Shown: positions 51,101-64,000 of the stretch, piece by piece
Position numbering within the stretch: the stretch's first letter is position 1
Layout of the letters: every line of letters begins with the position of its first letter
Made by a program: the position numbers and the translations under genes
The notes under the pieces: model-generated
The model's input: only the letters and a program-made list of their open reading frames with translations
Told to the model about the DNA's origin: nothing
Database searches by the model: none
Assembly (NCBI GenBank): GCA_040954595.2
Contig: CM082591.2
Coordinates: 10,867,309 to 10,931,308, forward strand
Length of the DNA stretch: 64,000 nucleotides
From: Balanoglossus misakiensis
Taxonomy: Eukaryota; Animalia; Hemichordata
Direction of reading: 5' to 3'

Positions 51101-54100
51101 AGTCTAGTGGAAAACTTTCTTATGCGCATAGACCTATCATGTGTTCTGCGCATCACAACAGAATTTTGTAAACAAACGAGGCTGTGTTTCGAAGCAACCA
51201 TGGAAACTTTAGAACTATCCGTCGATCTATAGAGTCCAGTGGAAAACTTTCTTATCGTCATAGGGCTATCATGTGTTCTGCGCATCACAACAGAATTTTG
51301 TAAACAAACGAGGCTGTGTTCGGAAGCAACCATGGAAACTTTAGAACTATCCGTCGATCTACAGAGTCTAGTGGAAAACTTTCTTATGCGCATAGGCCTA
51401 TCATGTGTTCTGCGCATCACAACATATTTCCTTAAATAAACGAGGCTGTGTTTGGAAGCAACCATGGAAATTTTAGAACTATCCGTCGATCTACAGAGTC
51501 TAGTGGAAAACTTTCTTATGTGCATAGGTCTATCATGTGTTCTGCGCATCACAACATAATTTTGAAAACAATCGAGGCTGTGTTTGGAAGCAACCATGGA
51601 AACTTTAGAACTATCCGTCGATCCACAGAGTCTAGTGGAAAACTTTCTTATGCGCATAGGCCTATCATGTGTTCTGCACATCACAACAGAATTTTGTAAA
51701 CAATCGAGGCTGTGTTTGGAAGCAACCATGGAAACTTTAGAACTATCCGTCGATCGACAGAGTCTAGTGGAAAACTTTCTTATGCGCATAGACCTATCAT
51801 TTGTTCTGCGCATCACAACAGAATTTTGTAAACAAACGAGGCTGTGTTTGGAAGCAACCATAGAAACTTTAGAACTATCCGTCGATCTACAGAGTCTAGT
51901 GGAAAACTTTCTTATGCGCATAGACCTATCATGTGTTCTGCGCATCACAACAGAATTTTGTAAACAAACGAGGCTGTGTTTCGAAGCAACCATGGAAACT
52001 TTAGAACTATCCGTCGATCTATAGAGTCCAGTGGAAAACTTTCTTATTGTCATAGGGCTATCATGTGTTCTGCGCATCACAACAGAATTGTGTAAACAAA
52101 CGAGGCTGTGTTCGGAAGCAACCATGGAAACTTTAGAACTATCCGTCGATCTACAGAGTCTAGTGGAAAACTTTCTTATGTGCATAGGTCTATCATGTGT
52201 TCTGCGCATCACAACATAATTTTGAAAACAATCGAGGCTGTGTTTGGAAGCAACCATGGAAACTTTAGAACTATCCGTCGATCCACAGAGTCTAGTGGAA
52301 AACTTTCTTATGCGCATAGGCCTATCATGTGTTCTGCACATCACAACAGAATTTTGTAAACAATCGAGGCTGTGTTTGGAAGCAACCATGGAAACTTTAG
52401 AACTATCCGTCGATCGACAGAGTCTAGTGGAAAACTTTCTTATGCGCATAGACCTATCATTTGTTCTGCGCATCACAACAGAATTTTGTAAACAAACGAG
52501 GCTGTGTTTGGAAGCAACCATAGAAACTTTAGAACTATCCGTCGATCTACAGAGTCTAGTGGAAAACTTTCTTATGCGCATAGACCTATCATGTGTTCTG
52601 CGCATCACAACAGAATTTTGTAAACAAACGAGGCTGTGTTTCGAAGCAACCATGGAAACTTTAGAACTATCCGTCGATCTATAGAGTCCAGTGGAAAACT
52701 TTCTTATTGTCATAGGGCTATCATGTGTTCTGCGCATCACAACAGAATTGTGTAAACAAACGAGGCTGTGTTCGGAAGCAACCATGGAAACTTTAGAACT
52801 ATCCGTCGATCTACAGAGTCTAGTGGAAAACTTTCTTATGCGCATAGGCCTATCATGTGTTCTGCGCATCACAACATATTTCCTTAAATAAACGAGGCTG
52901 TGTTTGGAAGCAACCATGGAAATTTTAGAACTATCCGTCGATCTACAGAGTCTAGTGGAAAACTTTCTTATGTGCATAGGTCAATCATGTGTTCTGCGCA
53001 TCACAACATAATTTTGAAAACAATCAAGGCTGTGTTTGGAAGCAACCATGGAAACTTTAGAACTATCCGTCGATCCACAGAGTCTAGTGGAAAACTTTCT
53101 TATGCGCATAGGCCTATCATGTTTTCTGCGCATCACAACAGAATTTTGTAAACAAACGAGGCTGTGTTCGGAAGCAACCATGGAAACTTTAGAACTATCC
53201 GTCGATCTACAGAGTCTAGTGGAAAACTTTCTTATGCGCATAGGCCTATCATGTGTTCTGCGCATCACAACATATTTCCTTAAATAAACGAGGCTGTGTT
53301 TGGAAGCAACCATGGAAATTTTAGAACTATCCGTCGATCTACAGAGTCTAGTGGAAATCTTTCTTATGTGCATAGGTCTATCATGTGTTCTGCGCATCAC
53401 AACATAATTTTGAAAACAATCGAGGCTGTGTTCGGAAGCAACCATGGAAACTTTAGAACTATCCGTCGATCTACAGAGTCTAGTGGAAAACTTTCTTATG
53501 CGCATAGACCTATCATGTGTTCTGCGCATCACAACAGAATTTTGTAAACAAACGAGGCTGTGTTTCGAAGCAACCATGGAAACTTTAGAACTATCCGTCG
53601 ATCTACAGAGTCTAGTGGAAAACTTTCTTATCCTCATAGGCCTATCATGTGTTCTGCGCATCACAACATATTTCCTTAAATAAACGAGGCTGTGTTTGGA
53701 AGCAACCATGGAAACTTTAGAACTATCCGTCGATCCACAGAGTCTAGTGGAAAACTTTCTTATGCGCATAGGCCTATCATGTTTTCTGCGCATCACAACA
53801 GAATTTTGTAAACAAACGAGGCTGTGTTCGGAAGCAACCATGGAAACTTTAGAACTATCCGTCGATCTACAGAGTCTAGTGGAAAACTTTCTTATGCGCA
53901 TAGGCCTATCATGTGTTCTGCGCATCACAACATATTTCCTTAAATAAACGAGGCTGTGTTTGGAAGCAACCATGGAAATTTTAGAACTATCCGTCGATCT
54001 ACAGAGTCTAGTGGAAATCTTTCTTATGTGCATAGGTCTATCATGTGTTCTGCGCATCACAACATAATTTTGAAAACAATCGAGGCTGTGTTCGGAAGCA

Positions 54101-57100
54101 ACCATGGAAACTTTAGAACTATCCGTCGATCTACAGAGTCTAGTGGAAAACTTTCTTATGCGCATAGACCTATCATGTGTTCTGCGCATCACAACAGAAT
54201 TTTGTAAACAAACGAGGCTGTGTTTCGAAGCAACCATGGAAACTTTAGAACTATCCGTCGATCTACAGAGTCTAGTGGAAAACTTTCTTATCCTCATAGG
54301 CCTATCATGTGTTCTGCGCATCACAACATATTTCCTTAAATAAACGAGGCTGTGTTTGGAAGCAACCATGGAAATTTTAGAACTATCCGTCGATCTACAG
54401 AGTCTAGTGGAAAACTTTCTTATCCTCATAGACCTATCATGTGTTCTGCGCATCACAACAGAATTTTGTAAACAAACGAGGGTGTGTTTGGAAGCAACCA
54501 TGGAAACTTTATAACTATCCGTCGATCTACAGAGTCTAGTGGAAAACTGTCTTATCCTCATAGGCCTATCATGTGTTCTGCGCATCACAACAGAATTTTG
54601 TAAACAAACGAGGCCGTATTTCGAAGCAACCATGGAAACTTTAGAACTATCCGTCGATCTACAGAGTCTAGAGGCAAACTTTCTTATCCTCATAGGCCTA
54701 TCATGTGTTCTGCGCATCACAACAGAATTTTGTAAACAAACGAGGCTGTGTTTGGAAGAAACCATGGAAACTTTAGAACTATCCGTCGATCCACAGAGTC
54801 TAGTGGAAAACTTTCTCATGCGCATAGACCTATCATGTGTTCTGCGCATCACAACAGAATTTTGTGAACAAACGAGGCTGTGTTTCGAAGCAACCATGGA
54901 AACATTAGAACTATCCGTCGATCTATAGAGTCCAGTGGAAAACTTTCTTATCGTCATAGGGCTATCATGTGTTCTGCGCATCACAACAGAATTTTGTAAA
55001 CAAACGAGTCTGTGTTTGGAAGCAACCATGGAAACTTTAGAAATATCCGTCGATCTACAGAGTCTAGTGGAAAACTTTCTTATGCGCATAGGCCTATCAT
55101 GTGCTCTGCGCATCAGAACAGAATTTTGTAAACAAACGAGGCTGTGTTTGGAAGCAACAATGGAAACTTTAGAACTATCCGTCGATCTACTGAGTCTAGT
55201 GGAAAACTTTCTTATGCGCATAGGCCTATCTATGTGTTCTGCGCATCACAACAGATTTCCTTAAATAAACGAGGCTGTGTTTGTAAGCAACCATGGAAAT
55301 TTTAGAACTATCCGTCGATCTACAGAGTCTAGTGGAAAACTTTCTTATGTGCATAGGTCTATCATGTGTTCTGCGCATCACAACATAATTTTGAAAACAA
55401 TCGAGGCTGTGTTTGGAAGCAACCATAGAAACTTTAGAACTATCCGTCGATCTACAGAGTCTAGTGGAAAACTTTCCTATGCGCATAGGTCTATCATGTG
55501 TTCTGCGCATCACAACAGAATTTTGTAAACAAACGAGGGTGTGTTTGGAAGCAACCATGGAAACTTTACAACTATCCGTCGATCTACAGAGTCTAGTGGA
55601 AAACTTTCTTATGCGCATAGACCTATCATGTGTTCTGCGCATCACAACATATTTCCTTAAATAAACGAGGCTGTGTTTGGAAGCAACCATGGAAATTTTA
55701 GAACTATCCGTCGATCTACAGAGTCTAGTGGAAAACTTTCTTATGTGCATAGGTCTATCATGTGTTCTGCGCATCACAACATAATTTTGTAAACAAACAA
55801 GGCTGTGTTTGGAAGCAACCATGGAAACTTTAGAACTATCCGTCGATCGACAGAGTCTAGTGGAAAACTTTCTTATGCGCATAGACCTATCATTTGTTCT
55901 GCGCATCACAACAGAATTTTGTAAACAAACGAGGCCAAGTTTCGAAGCAACCATGGAAACTTTAGAACTATCCGTCGATCTACAGAGTCTAGTGGAAAAC
56001 TTTCTTATGCGCATAGACCTATCATGTGTTCTGCGCATCACAACAGAATTTCGTAAACAAACGAGGCCGTGTTTCGAAGCAACCATGGAAACTTTAGAAC
56101 TATCCGTCGATCTACAGAGTCTAGAGGCAAACTTTCTTATCCTCATAGGCCTATCATGTGTTCTGCGCATCACAACAGAATTTTGTAAACAAACGAGGCT
56201 GTGTTTGGAAGAAACCATGGAAACTTTAGAACTATCCGTCGATCTACAGAGTCTAGTGGAAAACTTTCTTATGCGCATAGACCTATCATGTGTTCTGCGC
56301 ATCACAACAGAATTTTGTGATCAAACGAGGCTGTGTTTCGAAGCAACCATGGAAACTTTAGAACTATCCGTCGATCTATAGAGTCCAGTGGAAAACTTTC
56401 TTATCGTCATAGGGCTATCATGTGTTCTGCGCATCACGACAGAATTTTGTAAACAAACGAGGCTGTGTTTGGAAGCAACAATGGAAACTTTAGAACTATC
56501 CGTCGATCTACTGAGTCTAGTGGAAAACTTTCTTATGCGCATAGGCCTATCTATGTGTTCTGCGCATCACAACAGATTTCCTTAAATAAACGAGGCTGTG
56601 TTTGGAAGCAACCATGGAAATTTTAGAACTATCCGTCGATCTACAGAGTCTAGTGGAAAACTTTCTTATGTGCATAGGTCTATCATTTGTTCTGCGCATC
56701 ACAACAGAATTTTGTAAACAAACGAGGCCAAGTTTCGAAGCAACCATGGAAACTTTAGAACTATCCGTCGATCTACAGAGTCTAGTGGAAAACTTTCTTA
56801 TGTGCATAGGTCTATCATGTGTTCTGCGCATCACAACATAATTTTGAAAACAATCGAGGCTGTGTTTGGAAGCAACCATAGAAACTTTAGAACTCTGTCG
56901 ATCTACAGAGTCTAGTGGAAAACTTTCCTATGCGCATAGGTCTATCATGTGTTCTGCGCATCACAACATAATTTTGAAAACAATCGAGGCTGTGTTTGGA
57001 AGCAACCATGGAAACTTTAGAACTATCCGTCGATCTACAGAGTCTAGTGGAAAACTTTCTTATGCGCATAGACCTATCATTTGTTCTGCGCATCACAACA

Positions 57101-60100
57101 TAATTTTGTAAACAAACGAGGCCGTGTTTGGAAGCAACCATGGAAACTTTACAACTATCCGTCGATCTACAGAGTCTAGTGGAAAACTTTCTTATGCGCA
57201 TAGACCTATCATGTGTTCTGCGCATCACAACAAATTTCCTTAAATAAACGAGGCTGTGTTTGGAAGCAACCATGGAAATTTTAGAAATATCCGTCGATCT
57301 ACAGAGTCTAGTGGAAAACTTTCTTATGTGCATAGGTCTATCATGTGTTCTGCGCATCACAACATAATTTTGTAAACAAACGAGGCTGTGTTTGGAAGCA
57401 ACCATGGAAACTTTAGAACTATCCGTCGATCTACAGAGTCTAGTGGTAAACTTTCTTATGTGCATAGGTCTATCATGTGTTCTGCGCATCACAACAGAAT
57501 TTTGTAAACAAACAAGGCTGTGTTTGGAAGCAACCATGGAAACTTTAGAACTATCCGTCGATCTACAGAGTCTAGAGGCAAACTTTCTTATCCTCATAGG
57601 CCTATCATGTGTTCTGCGCATCACAACAGAATTTTGTAAACAAACGAGGCTGTGTTTGGAAGAAACCATGGAAACTTTAGAACTATCCGTCGATCTACAG
57701 AGTCTAGTGGAAAACTTTCTTATGCGCATAGACCTATCATGTGTTCTGCGCATCACAACAGAATTTTGTGATCAAACGAGGCTGTGTTTCGAAGCAACCA
57801 TGGAAACTTTAGAACTATCCGTCGATCTATAGAGTCCAGTGGAAAACTTTCTTATCGTCATAGGGCTATCATGTGTTCTGCGCATCACGACAGAATTTTG
57901 TAAACAAACGAGGCTGTGTTTGGAAGCAACAATGGAAACTTTAGAACTATCCGTCGATCTACTGAGTCTAGTGGAAAACTTTCTTATGCGCATAGGCCTA
58001 TCTATGTGTTCTGCGCATCACAACAGATTTCCTTAAATAAACGAGGCTGTGTTTGGAAGCAACCATGGAAATTTTAGAACTATCCGTCGATCTACAGAGT
58101 CTAGTGGAAAACTTTCTTATGTGCATAGGTCTATCATGTGTTCTGCGCATCACAACATAATTTTGAAAACAATCGAGGCTGTGTTTGGAAGCAACCATAG
58201 AAACTTTAGAACTCTGTCGATCTACAGAGTCTAGTGGAAAACTTTCCTATGCGCATAGGTCTATCATGTGTTCTGCGCATCACAACATAATTTTGAAAAC
58301 AATCGAGGCTGTGTTTGGAAGCAACCATGGAAACTTTAGAACTATCCGTCGATCTACAGAGTCTAGTGGAAAACTTTCTTATGCGCATAGACCTATCATT
58401 TGTTCTGCGCATCACAACATAATTTTGTAAACAAACGAGGCCGTGTTTGGAAGCAACCATGGAAACTTTACAACTATCCGTCGATCTACAGAGTCTAGTG
58501 GAAAACTTTCTTATGCGCATAGACCTATCATGTGTTCTGCGCATCACAACATATTTCCTTAAATAAACGAGGCTGTGTTTGGAAGCAACCATGGAAATTT
58601 TAGAAATATCCGTCGATCTACAGAGTCTAGTGGAAAACTTTCTTATGTGCATAGGTCTATCATGTGTTCTGCGCATCACAACATAATTTTGTAAACAAAC
58701 GAGGCTGTGTTTGGAAGCAACCATGGAAACTTTAGAACTATCCGTCGATCTACAGAGTCTAGTGGTAAACTTTCTTATGTGCATAGGTCTATCATGTGTT
58801 CTGCGCATCACAACAGAATTTTGTAAACAAACAAGGCTGTGTTTGGAAGCAACCATGGAAACTTTAGAACTATCCGTCGATCGACAGAGTCTAGTGGAAA
58901 ACTTTCTTATGCGCATAGACCTATCATTTGTCTGCGCATCACAACAGAATTTTGTAAACAAACGAGGCCAAGTTTCGAAGCAACCATGGAAACTTTAGAA
59001 CTATCCGTCGATCTACAGAGTCTAGTGGAAAACTTTCTTATGCGCATAGACCTATCATGTGTTCTGCGCATCACAACAGAATTTTGTGAACAAACGAGGC
59101 TGTGTTTCGAAGCAACCATGGAAACTTTAGAACTATCCGTCGATCTATAGAGTCCAGTGGAAAACTTTCTTATCGTCATAGGGCTATCATGTGTTCTGCG
59201 CATCACAACAGAATTTTGTAAACAAACGAGTCTGTGTTTGGAAGCAACCATGGAAACTTTAGAAATATCCGTCGATCTACAGAGTCTAGTGGAAAACTTT
59301 CTTATGCGCATAGGCCTATCATGTGCTCTGCGCATCACAACAGAATTTTGTAAACAAACGAGGCTGTGTTTGGAAGCAACAATGGAAACTTTAGAACTAT
59401 CCGTCGATCTACTGAGTCTAGTGGAAAACTTTCTTATGCGCATAGGCCTATCTATGTGTTCTGCGCATCACAACAGATTTCCTTAAATAAACGAGGCTGT
59501 GTTTGGAAGCAACCATGGAAATTTTAGAACTATCCGTCGATCTACAGAGTCTAGTGGAAAACTTTCTTATGTGCATAGGTCTATCATGTGTTCTGCGCAT
59601 CACAACATAATTTTGAAAACAATCGAGGCTGTGTTTGGAAGCAACCATGGAAACTTTAGAACTATCCGTCGATCTACAGAGTCTAGTGGAAAACTTTCTT
59701 ATGCGCATAGACCTATCATTTGTTCTGCGCATCACAACAGAATTTTGTAAACAAACGAGGCCGTGTTTGGAAGCAACCATGGAAACTTTACAACTATCCG
59801 TCGATCTACAGAGTCTAGTGGAAAACTTTCTTATGCGCATAGACCTATCATGTGTTCTGCGCATCACAACATATTTCCTTAAATAAACGAGGCTGTGTTT
59901 GGAAGCAACCATGGAAATTTTAGAACTATCCGTCGATCTACAGAGTCTAGTGGAAAACTTTCTTATGCGCATAGACCTATCATTTGTTCTGCGCATCACA
60001 ACAGAATTTTGTAAACAAACGAGGCCAAGTTTCGAAGCAACCATGGAAACTTTAGAACTATCCGTCGATCTACAGAGTCTAGTGGAAAACTTTCTTATGC

Positions 60101-63100
60101 GCATAGGCCTATCATGTGCTCTGCGCATCACAACAGAATTTTGTAAACAAACGAGGCTGTGTTTGGAAGCAACAATGGAAACTTTAGAACTATCCGTCGA
60201 TCTACTGAGTCTAGTGGAAAACTTTCTTATGCGCATAGGCCTATCTATGTGTTCTGCGCATCACAACAGATTTCCTTAAATAAACGAGGCTGTGTTTGGA
60301 AGCAACCATGGAAATTTTAGAACTATCCGTCGATCTACAGAGTCTAGTGGAAAGCTTTCTTATGTGCATAGGTCTATCATGTGTTCTGCGCATCACAACA
60401 TAATTTTGAAAACAATCGAGGCTGTGTTTGGAAGCAACCATAGAAACTTTAGAACTCTGTCGATCTACAGAGTCTAGTGGAAAACTTTCCTATGCGCATA
60501 GGTCTATCATGTGTTCTGCGCATCACAACATAATTTTGAAAACAATCGAGGCTGTGTTTGGAAGCAACCATGGAAACTTTAGAACTATCCGTCGATCTAC
60601 AGAGTCTAGTGGAAAACTTTCTTATGCGCATAGACCTATCATTTGTTCTGCGCATCACAACATAATTTTGTAAACAAACGAGGCCGTGTTTGGAAGCAAC
60701 CATGGAAACTTTACAACTATCCGTCGATCTACAGAGTCTAGTGGAAAACTTTCTTATGCGCATAGACCTATCATGTGTTCTGCGCATCACAACATATTTC
60801 CTTAAATAAACGAGGCTGTGTTTGGAAGCAACCATGGAAATTTTAGAAATATCCGTCGATCTACAGAGTCTAGTGGAAAACTTTCTTATGTGCATAGGTC
60901 TATCATGTGTTCTGCGCATCACAACATAATTTTGTAAACAAACGAGGCTGTGTTTGGAAGCAACCATGGAAACTTTAGAACTATCCGTCGATCGACAGAG
61001 TCTAGTGGAAAACTTTCTTATGCGCATAGACCTATCATTTGTTCTGCGCATCACAACAGAATTTTGTAAACAAACGAGGCCAAGTTTCGAAGCAACCATG
61101 GAAACTTTAGAACTATCCGTCGATCTACAGAGTCTAGTGGAAAACTTTCTTATGCGCATAGACCTATCATGTGTTCTGCGCATCACAACATATTTCCTTA
61201 AATAAACGAGGCTGTGTTTGGAAGCAACCATGGAAATTTTAGAACTATCCGTCGATCTACAGAGTCTAGTAGAAAACTTTATTATGTGCATAGGTCTATC
61301 ATGTGTTCTGCGCATCACAACATAATTTTGAAAACAATCGAGGCTGTGTTTGGAAGCAACCATGGAAACTTTAGAACTATCCGTCGATCCACAGAGTCTA
61401 GTGGAAAACTTTCTTATGCGCATAGGCCTATCATGTTTTCTGCGCATCACAACAGAATTTTGTAAACAAACGAGGCTGTGTTTGAAAGCAACCATGGAAA
61501 CTTTAGAACTATCCGTCGATCGACAGAGTCTAGTGGAAAACTTTCTTATGCGCATAGACCTATCATTTGTTCTGCGCATCACAACAGAATTTTGTAAACA
61601 AACGAGGCCGTGTTTCGAAGCAACCATGGAAACTTTAGAACTATCCGTCGATCTACAGAGTCTAGTGGAAAACTTTCTTATGCGCATAGACCTATCATGT
61701 GTTCTGCGCATCACAACAGAATTTTGTAAACAAACGAGGCCGTGTTTCGAAGCAACCATGGAAACTTTAGAACTATCCGTCGATCTACAGAGTCTAGAGG
61801 CAAACTTTCTTATCCTCATAGGCCTATCATGTGTTCTGTGCATCACAACAGAATTTTGTAAACAAACGAGGCTGTGTTTGGAAGCAACCATGGAAACTTT
61901 AGAACTATCCGTTGATCTACAGAGTCTAGTGGAAAACTTTCTTATGCGCATAGACCTATCATGTGTTCTGCGCATCACAACAGAATTTTGTAAACAAACG
62001 AGGCTGTGTTTCGAAGCAACCATGGAAACTTTAGAACTATCCGTCGATCCACAGAGTCTAGTGGAAAACTTTCTTATGCGCATAGGCCTATCATGTTTTC
62101 TGCGCATCACAACAGAATTTTGTAAACAAACGAGGTTGTGTTCGGAAGCAACCATGGAAACTTTAGAACTATCCGTCGATCTACAGAGTCTAGTGGAAAA
62201 CTTTCTTATGCGCATAGACCTATCATTTGTTCTGCGCATCACAACAGAATTTTGTAAACAAACGAGGCCGTGTTTCGAAGCAACCATGGAAACTTTAGAA
62301 CTATCCGTCGATCTACAGAGTCTAGTGGAAAACTTTCTTATGCGCATAGACCTATCATGTGTTCTGCGCATCACAACAGAATTTTGTAAACAAACGAGGC
62401 CGTGTTTCGAAGCAACCATGGAAACTTTAGAACTATCCGTCGATCGACAGAGTCTAGAGGCAAACTTTATTGTGCGCATAGGCCTATCATGTTTTCTGCG
62501 CATCACAACAGAATTTTGTAAACAAACGAGGCTGTGTTTGGAAGCAACCATGGAAACTTTAGAACTATCCGTCGATCTACAGAGTCTAGTGGAAAACTTT
62601 CTTATGCGCATAGACCTATCATGTGTTCTGCGCATCACAACAGAATTTTGTAAACAAACGAGGCTGTGTTTCGAAGCAACCATGGAAACTTTAGAACTAT
62701 CCGTCGATCTATAGAGTCCAGTGGAAAACTTTCTTATCGTCATAGGGCTATCATGTGTTCTGCGCATCACAACAGAATTTTGTAAACAAACGAGGTTGTG
62801 TTCGGAAGCAACCATGGAAACTTTAGAACTATCCGTCGATCTACAGAGTCTAGTGGAAAACTTTCTTATGCGCATAGGCCTATCATGTGTTCTGCGCATC
62901 ACAACATATTTCCTTAAATAAACGAGGCTGTGTTTGGAAGAAACCATGGAAATTTTAGAACTATCCGTCGATCTACAGAGTCTAGTGGAAAACTTTCTTA
63001 TCCTCATAGACCTATCATGTGTTCTGCGCATCACAACAGAATTTTGTAAACAAACGAGGCTGTGTTTGGAAGCAATTATGGAAACTTTAGAACTATCCGT

Positions 63101-64000
63101 CGATCTACAGAGTCTAGTGGAAAACTTTATTATGCGCATAGACCTATCATGTGTTCTGCGCATCACAACAGAATTTTGTAAACAAACGAGGCTGTGTTTG
63201 GAAGCAACCATGGAAACTTTAGAACTATCCGTCGATCGACAGAGTCTAGTGGAAAACTTTCTTATGCGCATAGACCTATCATTTGTTCTGCGCATCACAA
63301 CAGAATTTTGTAAACAAACGTGGCCGTGTTTCGAAGCAACCATGGAAACTTTAGAACTATCCGTCGATCTACAGAGTCTAGTGGAAAACTTTCTTATGCG
63401 CATAGACCTATCATGTGTTCTGCGCATCACAACAGAATTTTGTAAACAAACGAGGCCGTGTTTCGAAGCAACCATGGAAACTTTAGAACTATCCGTCGAT
63501 CTACAGAGTCTAGAGGCAAACTTTCTTATCCTCATAGGCCTATCATGTGTTCTGCGCATCACAACAGAATTTTGTAAACAAACGAGGCTGTGTTCGGAAG
63601 CAACCATGGAAACTTTAGAACTATCCGTCGATCTACAGAGTCTAGTGGAAAACTTTCTTATGCGCATAGACCTATCATGTGTTCTGCGCATCACAACAGA
63701 ATTTTGTAAACAAACGAGGCTGTGTTTCGAAGCAACCATGGAAACTTTAGAACTATCCGTCGATCTATAGAGTCCAGTGGAAAACTTTCTTATCGTCATA
63801 GGGCTATCATGTGTTCTGCGCATCACAACAGAATTTTGTAAACAAACGAGGCTGTGTTCGGAAGCAACCATGGAAACTATAGAACTATCCGTCGATCTAC
63901 AGAGTCTAGTGGAAAACTTTCTTATGCGCATAGGCCTATCATGTGTTCTGCGCATCACAACATATTTCCTTAAATAAACGAGGCTGTGTTTGGAAGCAAC

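Larger units (their letters stand above)
11647..64000. repeat. 132-bp tandem satellite array, right arm (~397 monomers, continues beyond window end)
   Basis: Same monomer and orientation. It resumes in register right after the 3' LTR. Only point variants and rare 1-12 bp indels; no non-satellite sequence seen. Confidence 0.99.

Noticed and set aside
298-63977. Hundreds of METLELSVDLQ / MFGSNHGNFRT / MRIRKFSTRL ORFs as protein-coding genes
   Set aside because: They are three frames of the same 44-codon satellite unit. They overlap on both strands, start and stop at arbitrary variants, have no unique N- or C-terminus and show no synonymous bias.
1-64000. CRISPR-like or cassette array
   Set aside because: There are no unique spacers; the whole 132-bp unit is repeated. 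No cas genes are present, and the context is metazoan (BEL/Pao element).

Overview
Eukaryotic (metazoan) heterochromatin-type window. About 59 kb is a head-to-tail 132-bp satellite array (~446 monomers, all in one orientation) with local higher-order duplications. It is interrupted once, at 6584-11646, by a 5,063-bp BEL/Pao LTR retrotransposon with two 249-bp LTRs that look identical by eye, a 5-bp GCATA target-site duplication, a tRNA-iMet PBS and a PPT. The element keeps Gag, protease and a complete DDE integrase, but RT and RNase H are missing through an in-frame deletion. The residual pre-RT segment appears decayed to polar residues, and there is one frameshift inside gag. It looks like a recently inserted, RT-less, trans-mobilised element sitting in a palindrome of the satellite monomer. 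Nearly all other ORFs in the track are translations of the 132-bp (44-codon) repeat, not genes. All domain calls are by eye from remembered family motifs; no searches were run.
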